DNA of 64,000 nucleotides from Diadema antillarum. Taxonomy: Eukaryota. Under the pieces are notes generated by a model. The model was not told the origin of the DNA. It worked only from the letters and a program-made list of their open reading frames with translations, and searched no databases. The stretch covers positions 744,001 to 808,000 of the forward strand of contig NW_027272094.1 of the NCBI RefSeq assembly GCF_040938485.1, given 5' to 3'. A program made the position numbers and the translations under genes. This document shows, in pieces, positions 25,310 through 36,066 of the stretch (position 1 is its first letter; the number at the start of each line of letters is the position of its first letter).

Positions 25310-28300
25310 GTGCAAATGCACCCAACGCCATACCATCCGACTTTGATGCAACTCGCCCTGGAGTAATAGCTGTCCATATGCACACCTAAATGGATCTCGA
25401 CTGTTGGGAAGCTTGCTTCATTTCATATTAAGTCGGTATCGCTTTCCAAGCCGTAGCAACCAATCGGATCACAATCGAATCATGTCTGCTGCACTGTGGA
25501 TAATGAACATGATGAACAGAGATGCACTTTATATGTGTCATGAAATGTATCTTTATCACCCTTATATTCTCACCCATAAGACAAAAACAGATATATAGGC
25601 AGATACATAACTGTATACATTTATCTTTTTGCTCTGCTAGTCCATTTGGGCCAACACAATTCTTAACCTGAAGTGTTGGTGGCCCTAAAAAAGAGTGTGG
25701 CTCTCAGCTGCCCGACCAGGCAACTAAAAGACATGTTTTTTTTTTTTAGTGGCCCGACATTAATTTTACAGTGGCCCCATGGGCTACCATCAATATCGAA
25801 CCGTGATTACTACATGTACGACAAAAATACACAGAACTTTCACTAAAGTATTTTGCAACTTACTGCAGTATTATCATACCAATGAAGAATGGCGTATGTA
25901 TTCTGACGCGCAATTGCTAAACAGATATTTTGTATACATGTATCAGAAATTCTCTGCTAAACTCGAAATAGTTGTTCAGTATATCCCCAAAAATACAATC
26001 GTATTTCCGCATTGATAACTTTCAAATGATTAGACAATCTAAATGTTATTTCAGGTAATGAAACTGTAACTTCTCACCTACATTTTGCAGAAAACCACAT
26101 TCAGTTTGGTTAGGTGGTCACGGAGAAATGTGGATCGTTCTAAAGCAAGCTATGCCATGGGTGTGTTTCTTCCAAGTTCAATACTTGGATGCTCTTGGAA
26201 TTGTAAACACAGACAATTGATCAAACGACAACTGACAAAGTTTGGAGGTGAAGGGATTCCTGACATGCTCTACATAGATTCTTATTTCTCTTTGACCACT
26301 GAAGCAAATTGAATGGGGTGTTCTGTATAAGATGTAGGTAATGAGTTGTAGTTTCCTACCTTGAAAACGTTGAAATTTCATTTGGGTTGATTTACTATTT
26401 TTAAAGTTATCGTTGTAAAAAGTCCGATTGTATTTTTTTTTTTTTTTTTTGGGGGGGGACATAATTATGGTACAGCATGTCATCTTTGTATGCGTCTTCT
26501 TGAAATCTATACAGTGTGTCATTTCTGTGTGTATCCGTCAAATAAGTTTTGTTTGCTGTTATCACCCGACTGATTTCACTGAAATATGAATCATTCAAGT
26601 GTATTATTTGAGATGTGTATGATGTCCTAAATCCTGTTATGTCTCGGTACCGTAATGTTACAGTCACTGCTTGTGCACTCATCCCGCATATATCCCGCTT
26701 ATATCCAGCTTATGACGTGTATATAAAGCCTGTATAGATGATCGACGGAATCGCCAAGTATCTTAGACAACAACTAGATTTGAAAAGTTATTGAAATATC
26801 GTATCCTCACAGTATCGCTAGCTTAATAACCATTGAGGATAAAAATGAGGAATATAGAAATCCGAAGTGTTGTTATTGAACTGACTTAAATCCCAATTCA
26901 AGAATTTATATTATGCATATTCTATTCACTTTTCAAAATTCACTTTTCAAATTCACTCTAACCAAACTGTGGTCTATTTACGGTCCATGATCATGCTAAA
27001 GAATTGGTCATTTTGCCACGGCAAGCAGTACTCGAAGATATTTTTCTTCACAATTTGGCAAAATATTGATCAAATCCTTTCGTGTCTGGAAATGTTAATC
27101 AGCCGATGTAAAGTTTCAAACATCGAAGGACTATGATGTGAAAAGTCGATGCGACTCCCATTTCTAAAGTATTTCCACAGCACCCTCACTGTCAATTATT
27201 ATCAAATGTCCAATGTTTAGATATAAAATTCATAATACGAATGCATATCTATCTTTCTATCTCTTATAAATCTTCTCCATGTAACTTCATAATGTATATC
27301 GACACTGAAGAGTTTTATATCTCTACTTTCCGTCATGTAAATGTTATAAATATATTCAAATACATTTATATATATGTATGTATTACTATCAAAACGTGAA
27401 TGTATATAAATAAACATTTGTTGTGTGTGTCGAATAACACATTTTTCACTATACGCTATATCTCTCATGTGTCTCTGTCTCTTAATCAAATCTGAGTCAA
27501 AATTCTATCCAGGGAACACGATCAAATGACGTCATAATATAGCTTCGCAATTGACCACTAATGGTGTATGACACAAGAAGAAAATTGGAAGCTATGCTAT
27601 AAAGACTACTTTAATCACAATGGAAGGAGCACTTAATATATGGCAGTAAAAAAAGTCCCCATCTGAAGTTAAACATAAAAATGCCCCCAATGTGTTTGAT
27701 TAAATTTGCAAGAACTTTCTTTGGTTATTATGTAATCATTACAGACATAATAACAAAAACCTGATATCACTAAAACGAGGCTTAGATCCTCTCCTAAGCT
27801 GTTGAAGATGGTGATGAAGAGAGAAAGGAGTGTGTATTGCATGGTGCAAGAAGACGCCAAGGTGTAAAATACTTATAGATACAGTGTTGAATACATGTAT
27901 TCGAATAGAAGCAAACATGTTTTATACTATAAGATGTAAAAACCCATTTTTAAAAAATCTCACGAGACAAAACGTCTGGTTTCATTCTTTCGTAATTTTA
28001 GAGGAATATAGCAGTCAATAAAGTTCATGGGGATATTACAGGCCGTACAATTGTAAGACTTTTTTTTTTGCTTGATCGCATAGTCAATATGACCTGTAAT
28101 GGGATTTTACCGACCCGCGAAGTCAATAATGTACCACTTGACATTTATCCATCAATAGTCGAGAGCAATCGCAAAGAGAATGAGCCCTCATTCTTTAAAA
28201 AAAATAATGCACGTGTTCAGTATTCTCATCTCTCTCTCTCTCTCTCTCTTACTACCCAATTTGATAGTGCAGTGGGCCATGTTTACCTAAATTTCTTCAA

Positions 28301-28576
28301 ACATATTCATGTATACGGAAAACGATTTATCATCAATCGTCTTGTTTATGGAATATTTGTTATTTGTGCCCGCCCACATTCGATGAAAATACTTCGTGCT
28401 ATGACACAAGTTGAGAGTGTTTAAACTGCTTGTACAACAACATATCTTCGGGGGCGGTGGGGGGGGGGGGGGGGGCTGAACATGCTATGTATACTTTGCA
28501 AATGTCAATTCACAAGAGATTACTAGTATACGAAGGGCTGGTTCCACAGACTTCCTTGCTCTGAATACTAGCTTAA

Positions 28577-28670
28577 CCCATTGAAGACCGATCCCGAGCA
28601 TTCTTGGGCAGGTGTCTACACGGTCTATGGGAAGTGCGTGTTATAGAAAAATCTGCTCGTCCTCAGCGGG
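28577..28670. mobile_element. Tiny piggyBac-like MITE (copy 1 of 3)
   Basis: TTAA|CCCATTGAAGAC...GTCCTCAGCGGG|TTAA. Confidence 0.7.
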
Positions 28671-28941
28671 TTAATGCTTTCTTCCTGAAAGACAGAGTGT
28701 AGTGCCAACGGTCAGATTGATAGTTCAAAGAGCGCGGTTACAGACATCTGAGCAACCGTGTTTGCTCTCGGGTAACAAGAAATTTGACAAGTGGCTAAGA
28801 TTACATTATGCAGAATGAGAAATAACTCGAAAGCAGTTCCTGAGGAATGAACGGAATCTATTTTTTTTTTCTATAATTATGTTAATTTTCTTGTGAAAGA
28901 GAGAATTTTTCGACAAGACTAAATCTATTATCGTCCACTTT

Positions 28942-29120
28942 GGGCCGAATTCACGAAGGTGGTACAAATTTATTGAAACCATGGTTTAAACCATGGACAA
29001 AAACAGTAGTTTTGTATGGTTCGCTAAGTGTCGCCTAGCCCATTTCATTACGAAATCAGGCATTTCGTCGACGAAATGATCATTTCGTAACGAAATGAAC
29101 ATTTCGTCGACGAGATGAGA
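28942..29120 (+). repeat. Half copy of the 52135-52460 palindromic MITE family
   Basis: ggccgaattcacgaaggtggtacaaat...aaaccatggtttaaaccatggacaaaaac followed by cattt(c)gtcgacgaaatga subrepeats. Confidence 0.7.
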
Positions 29121-29656
29121 AATGACTGTATACTTTCTGAAGGAGTTGGCAAGGAGATTACCGGTGCGATGCAATACTGAGTGACTACTGTAACTATTTT
29201 GATGTCTTGCTCTTCTATTGATGCTTATATTTTCAGTCCTGTTTTTGATCGATTGGAATTCTCTGTCATAATTTTATTTCGACCGAATAGATTCAAATGG
29301 GTTATTTAGTTTAAGTAACCATGTCGTGAAGCCATGTTGCAGTTAGCGAATGATTGATCATTCTGCAATGGTCTATATACTCTTCTTAGACTGCACCTAG
29401 TTTGCACTTATGTAGTGACATTTTCAGACAAATGTGTAGTATTGACAGACCTAACACTCTGATACTACGTAAATTTGATATTCCTCAAGAATGGGACAAA
29501 TGACGGATTTTGACCGATTGCACTCGTAAACGGGTTCAAGTGGTACGTACAAATTAGCCCCTTCTTCCCAGGTAAGGGTCCTTTAAAAGGGGGTCCAAGT
29601 GAACATCTACTTCAGATATAGGTGGGGCTTGCACCAGGGTCGCTCATTCCGCTGCC

Positions 29657-30214
29657 ATGGCAGGCCAGAGGGGGTCTCGGCGCGTCTTCGCGCCTCTGCT
29701 CGCCCTCATCGTTCTGGTGGGGTTCTCTTCTCGGGCAGCTGTTCGCGCTAACGAAGTTGTAGAGCTACCCGACGAGTATCCGGCGTATGGCGCCGAGGAA
29801 CTCGAGGCAGTACCAGAAGAGGCAGCAGTGGACAACGACATCTACGCTTACGGCCAGGATGGAGGTGACGGCGTTGTCGACTCAAGGGCTGATGAAGAGT
29901 ATGATGCCAGAGATGATGAATACGGTTACGACGACGATACTCTTGAAGAAAGAGACGATGACGATGGCAACTTCCGGCAGATGTATGACGATACGTTCGT
30001 GGTCGAGGAAGAGGAAAGAGATTACCAGGAAGACAGAGACGGCTATGATGACCAGGAGATCGACTACCATCACGGTATCGGCTACGACAGATTTCGAGCC
30101 TCGTATGAGTCCATGGAGGAAGAACGTGAGCTAAATGATGACGTAGGGGATAATTATGACCTCGAATACGATGCCGGAGAGGGACTCCAGGTCGATGCCG
30201 ATGATGTGGGACAG
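29657..30214 (+). CDS. Uncharacterised secreted protein, exon 1: signal peptide + Asp/Glu/Tyr-rich acidic domain
   Basis: ATG at 29657; basic n-region, hydrophobic core VFAPLLALIVLVGF and AVRA|N cleavage-like site; 186 open codons with GC-rich coding composition; cag|gtaatt donor, phase 0. Confidence 0.88.
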
Positions 30215-31606
30215 GTAATTTTGAATTATAATTTCCTGTTTGCTTTCTTTCCCTTAACTTATTTTTTTTTTTTCTAGCATCCGAGACCAATACAGGACTC
30301 AGCTGATACGTCACTTTGGAAAAGGCCATTAGATTGCTTGTGAAATCGTATGCATTTCAGTAGAAATAATGTTGTAACCTGATGGTGTATGATTTTTTTT
30401 TGGGGGGGGGGGGGGTGGGGGGCGGGGAGGGGGTTTAATTAGAAACAATCTGGCCTCATGAAACTTTTGAATAAGAAATGTAAAAGGAACACAAATCAGA
30501 AATTTTGCTTAGAAAGCAGGTCGGAACTGTAATATTCAATACAACCCGAGATTGGTATGTGTGAGAGTTAGAGCATGATGCAAGTTACTTGTTATATTTG
30601 TTGATGTTTTTGTTGTGACAGTGCATGTTATTATTTGAATGTATTTTTTCCCGTGAAATGTGATTTTAAACCTAAATTCATGAGTTCAGTAACTTTGTTA
30701 CTGGAATTTATAACTCAAGTAGTGATTCTCTTTTCCATTCAGAATCTCAACTCAGTAGTTAAATACCACGGAATATCGTAAAGTGTAACTAAAATGTATC
30801 GTGCTAGACCCGAATATTCATGCCTTACATGCCTTAGTGCATTTGCATCGAAACAAATCTTAGAGTACGTTTTTTGTTTGTTTGTTGTTGTTGTCATTTT
30901 TTTTTTCCTTCGGAAACCCAATTACTCACTATGAAGTTATCTTATGCTGTCAAGAATTAATGTCAATGTATTATTAAACTTTTTTTGGGGGGGGGTGGGG
31001 GTGGGATGGGGACTATTTTGGTCCAGCTTCACCATAGTCCATGGTGATAAGTAGTGTATCGGAGCCAATCTGAGACTTCTTTATTTGTGTTTATGCCTTT
31101 ATTTTGTGCTTGAATGTTGTACAACAGTTATTGAGCAAAATTTCTATGAAAGACAAAAATACACAAAAGAGTCTACCTCCCACCTACCATATTTCACGGT
31201 TTCTTGTATAGAAAGTGTCGAAATGTATACCGATAGAAACGTCTTTATTTTGCGTTTGTTCTTTGTATTCCTTGCCATAATCTTATGACAGTGATCATGG
31301 TTGTTACCTAATGATCTCAGCTAAAATAGGCAAATAATGCGATGCTTTTGCATGTGCATCAAAAGCAGATTTGACAAGAGATCCCTAGCAGTGATATATT
31401 GATGAAGACTGGTTTTGAAGTAGCTGAGATATTAAAACAAAGGAAGTGGTCCTAATGATAGGTAGGTCCCGCGTTTAAGTAGCATCTCTACCAAAAACTG
31501 TACCATCCCTGTGATCTTTATAATAGTGTTTGTTGAGTGTTTGTACTATACAACTTGTACGATATCATTAAATGGAATTGGTCTACGCTTCTTTTCTCCC
31601 TTCAAG

Positions 31607-32845
31607 GGTCTTGAGATGAAAGAAGCGGAAGTCGAATCTATGGATGCAATAGTGCGAGAACTGGAACTCTTTTCCCGAGGATGCAAAAGCGGCAATTGTG
31701 GTCGACGCACTGGAAGCAGAGGAAAAGGGTCTGGAGGAGGCGAGGCGGTGGTGGTGGAGGAGGCGGCGGTGGTGGAGGTGGCCGGTGGTGGACGGGGTCC
31801 TTGCAATGGAAATAATAGAGGAGGGGGTGGAGGTGGCGGAGGAGGAGGCGGTGGCGGAGGGGGGAGGTGGTGGTGGAGGAGGAGGTGGAGGGTACAAACC
31901 GCGTCCACAGCCTGGAGGGGGAGGAGGAGGAAGGAGGGGGAGGAGGTGGAGGAGGATGGGGTGGAGAGGAGGATGGGGCGGGGGTGGAGGTGGGGGAGAG
32001 GAGGAGGAGGATGAGGTATAAACCCAAGCCAAAACCAGGCCAAAGCTAGACCAGGCAACGGAGGAGGCGGAGGTGGTGTGGTGGAGGTGGTGGTGGAGGA
32101 GGAGGTGGTGGAGGAGGAGGATGGGCGGAGGGGGAGGATGGGGCGGAGGTGGAGGTGGAGGTGGTGGAGGCGGAGGAGGGGGAAACAAACCTAAGCCAAA
32201 ACCCATGCCAAAACCTAGACCAGGAAACGGAGGTGGAGGTGGTGGTGGTGGAGGTGGAGGCGGTGGTGGTGGTGGTGGTGTGTGGAGGCGGTGGTGGTGG
32301 TGGGGTGGAGGCGGTGGTGGTGGTGGTGGAGGCGGCGGAGGGGGTAAACCGCGTCCCCCTCCAAGACCAAAACCACGACCCCCTCCAAGGCCCAAACCAC
32401 AACCCCCGGTCAGACCACCAAGCCTGCCCCTAAACCACGACCCCCTCCAAGGCCCAAACCACAACCCCCGGTCAGACCACCAAGCCCAAAACCCCCTGCC
32501 CCTCCTCCCTCTCCCAAACCAGGCCCCGCCCCACGGCCACCCTGGTGGCACTGGAGTGACAGCAGTAGCGGCAGCAGTAGCGGCAGCAGTAGCTCTGGCA
32601 GCCGTAGTGGTAAACACAGCAAGGGCAGCAAAAGCAAGGGCAGCAAAAGCAAGGGCAGCAAAAGCAAAGGGAAACATAGTCACGGCAGCAAGAGCAAAGG
32701 AAAGCATAGTCACGGGAGCAAAAGCAAAGGAAAGCATAGTCACGGGAGCAAAAGTAAGAGCAGAGGTCGAAGCCGGGAGTTCAATCTGCAAGGAGAGATG
32801 GGGCATGACCTCTTGCAGAAATGGGCAGATATGACTCTCCCTTAG
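31607..32845 (+). CDS. Uncharacterised secreted protein, exon 2: Gly-rich / Lys-Pro / Ser / Lys-His-Ser-Gly repeat blocks (interrupted by multiple 1-bp indels in this sequence)
   Basis: Pyrimidine tract + ttcaag acceptor, phase 0, reading GLEMKEAEVESMDAIVRELELFSRGCKSGNCGRR. Gly codon runs (GGA/GGT/GGC) and KP motifs hop between frames. The last segment (32420-32845) reads KPAPKPRPPP...WWHWSDSSSGSSSG...KGSKSKGKHSHGSKS...KWADMTLP-TAG. Confidence 0.75.
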
Positions 32846-34757
32846 AGGATGTTTTATGTGAGGTGGTAGTGCGGTGACAGGACGAACAATGTCATCCAAA
32901 GTTACCCATGTTTGTTCATACAGTATATTGCTCACTTTAGGCCGATTTTCCAGGATTTCAAATAATTATGGTACCTTTATAATAATTGACTTGGGCTTCA
33001 CGCATAATTATTCTTTGCCGAGTAATCATTCAGCCACTTCGCAAATGAGTTCTCGTTAGGGTTAAGGCAGCACATGTCGATATCAAGCTATACTTGATAC
33101 TCGGTATTGCAATTTCCCCGGCAGCTTTATTTAGTAGTTTGCTCCACTCGTTGAAACAGCAGAATAGCGAGAAGTTCGACATCGTAGTTCTATCGCTGCA
33201 CACTCTAAAAGCAGACAGGAGGGAAAAAATGAAAAGGAAAAAAAAATGATTTAAAGAAAAAAATCGGTGATAGGTCAAGCGTTGGTTGTTACTGCATTAG
33301 TACGAATAAAAAAAAAATAATAAAAATAATAATTATGTTGGCTTTTTTCAGTGTAGCCCAAAATTCTGTTATGATTGTAGCAATTTTCAGGCACATGTAG
33401 CGAAAGATGATTTGCATGGCTTCTTTTCCTTCTATTACTGTGTATTTTTATGTCACCCAAGAAATCTTCTGCAAAATAAATACATCACAATGGAAATCTC
33501 AAAGCATCTCAAAGTGTCTTCATTAATCTGTCGAGTCATAGATTTGCCATGTAGTTACTATCTTTAGCTATGCATAAATGAACACCGCAACCCTGACGAA
33601 TTTTAAAGACGGCAAATGACAAGAGTGTGGAGAATGGTGCGTTATGTGATGAGGTTTCTAACAACTTCGATACGGACATTCCTGGATGATATCTACAAAT
33701 CGGTTAGTTGTTGCAACGATCGACATCGTGATGATTGAGAAAATTACATAATATACTTGTATACGTAATACAGTATCGGTTTATAGAGGATGCCTATTTC
33801 AAAATATGATTCATGTTAGCACATATTGTAACCAAATACTAAGTCGATAACGACCGACTCTTAATTTCGATGAGTCAGCAAAATACACCCGACAGCTATC
33901 TGCAGTTATAAGGGGTGGGTGGGGGGCACAACCCCAATGGCTCCCCCCCCCCCCCCCCCCCAAACACACACACGCACATACACCTACACGATCCTGGCTT
34001 CAAAACACAAACAAGAAATCCGCCCAGGATTCCGTCAAATTCCTGTGAATAAAAGAATGTATTTCAACACTTAAGCCAAGGTAGCTACTGAATTATAATC
34101 CCGTATCATAAAAGGGGTTTTTCAGACCCACGTGCTCATTGATATATAAAATTTTGAAAGAAATGCCACAGGAATACTGATACACTTACATGGTGATAAA
34201 AATGTTATTCACTTGTTTTTTTCAGTGCACGGAATTCAAGTTACACATACGACACAAATTTAATGTATTTTTTGGTTTGTTCCATGTCCTCGTTCAACCG
34301 TGAATTGACACAAGTGTTAACATCGTATAATGAGCTTTCTAAAACATAAATTCGATGTCTTGAATTAAATTTAGCACGGAAAAATGACAAAACTGCAGTG
34401 TTTGCAATTTCTACCACGTGGGCACACAACCGTGAAATTTTGCCAACAAATCATATGACATGATAGGAAGCACATAAGTTGTATGTTGCCTGCCTTCTTC
34501 TGCTGGAAATGTGGAATTTATTCTGACATCATTAATAAAAGTTACGAAATTGAGTTGTGAACTTCAAAAAGTGACCATTTTGTCTTTAGAGAAATGCTCA
34601 CTGAAGCATGACCGTTTGATATGTGCTGAATATCACTTGAAAGGAAGCTAAGAACAGCTACATGCCTCTGTATTCAGATTTTGTCAAAGTTTCCGTATCT
34701 AGAAATTAGAGTGATTAGCTTTAGGGGGAACTTATTCTTTGTTTAGAGTATATCATT

Positions 34758-34762
<5 letters not shown>

Positions 34763-34812
<50 letters not shown>

Positions 34813-35036
34813 GAAATCCTGAATATAAAAACGACCCAAGTCCAAATTAGGCTATCGCATTTGGAGACCCTTTACGAAGTCATGTATAGATAGATATAAA
34901 ATCAATCAAAGGAATGTTTTACATTTAAATTTGTATGAATAACATTTCACTCAATAAAAAAAGCTAGAAACATGAAATTTAAATGATTTCTATTTTTCTA
35001 TATTTTCTGGAATCAACTTTGGTTGTTTTTATTTTC

Positions 35037-35082
<46 letters not shown>
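34763..35082. repeat. Two (TA)n tracts (34763-34809 and 35040-35082)
   Basis: direct reading. Confidence 0.9.
34818..35039. mobile_element. MITE of the 21444 family, lying between two (TA)n tracts
   Basis: CCTGAATATAAAAACGACCCAAGTCCA at left; degenerate TTGGTTGTTTTTATTTTCAGG at right. Confidence 0.6.
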
Positions 35083-35085
<3 letters not shown>

Positions 35086-35943
35086 TTAATTGTAACGATA
35101 AGTCCATGCCAGCGAGCACATTGTCACACCCATCGTAAAAGCTGGTGTTCGCAAACACACAAACACACCACTGACATGTATTAGTATATCAAACGCTATT
35201 AGAAACAGTGGGAAATGTTTGACTGTACCTATATGACCTATGTTAGGGGAGGGGCAGGAAGTACACGAAAACCATTCATCATGACAAAAATAATTTTAAA
35301 AAAAAAGTGAAGACGACAGTGCGAGCGAGCAGGACACATAGATACTTATAATCGGTCTTTATTTTATGCTAGTTACACTTGCAGTAATAGAGTAATCACA
35401 TAATTCTCATAACAAATATTCTGCGATGAAATACACTGGTGTTCCCGCAGTAAAAATCATTCAGTCAAAAATACGCCGTACACAACTTGATGGAACTTAC
35501 ACGATAGCACATTATTTGGCATTGTGACAAAGAACTAGAACGAGCACAAAAACAACAACAACAAAAGACAAGAAAAAAGAAATTACAATAACATACTACA
35601 TACATATCAGTTAAAAGGAAAATTCATCATCACCAGATGATACAGCGTCATATGCAGCAACCTAGTTCTCGGGCATATGGACACTTTAGTCGTTGATATT
35701 TGCGAACTTTATGTAGTCCGAAGGAGATAGGCTCACAACGGTTCGTTTCAATCTTTTTCAGTCACCACCATTACTACTGTCATACAACTAAATTTCTCTC
35801 TCCCCCCTCTCTCTCACTTCCACTCCCACAATCATGCACATCCAAACATCACAGCTATATACATCTCTTTCTTTCCTGTCTTGTGTTTGGTCCTTTTCCT
35901 TCTTTCTTGGTCCTCGCCACCATACATTTTGAAAAGAAATTAG

Positions 35944-36066
35944 CCCTTCAAGTTAATAATAACAACAGCAAAAATATTAATGATGACGATGATAATAATA
36001 GTAATAATAGTGATGACAATAATACTATTAATATTAATAATAATAATAATAATGAAATAATAATAA
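35944..36066. repeat. Imperfect (AAT/GAT)n microsatellite
   Basis: direct reading. Confidence 0.85.

Noticed and set aside
29748-30329. 193-aa minus-strand ORF and alternative-frame ORF 29787-30134
   Set aside because: Shadows of the GC-rich exon 1 of the secreted protein; only the 29657 frame has a signal peptide and a matching donor.
31860-32310. Trp/Arg-rich segments (RWWWRRRWR) resembling antimicrobial peptides
   Set aside because: They are the shifted reading of GGT/GGA Gly codons created by the 1-bp indels, not independent coding units.
29657-32845. Identification as SpTransformer (185/333), MSP130, bindin or SM50-type protein
   Set aside because: No RGD or 185/333 element pattern, no MSP130 alkaline-phosphatase-like region, no bindin core and no C-type lectin domain are visible; the long acidic exon 1 does not fit these families.
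31583-32935. 450-aa uninterrupted antisense ORF over exon 2 of the orphan gene
   Set aside because: The G/A-rich sense repeats contain almost no TTA/CTA/TCA, so the antisense frame lacks stops by composition. Its product switches arbitrarily between Pro, Thr/Ser and His runs, and there is no splice or signal support.
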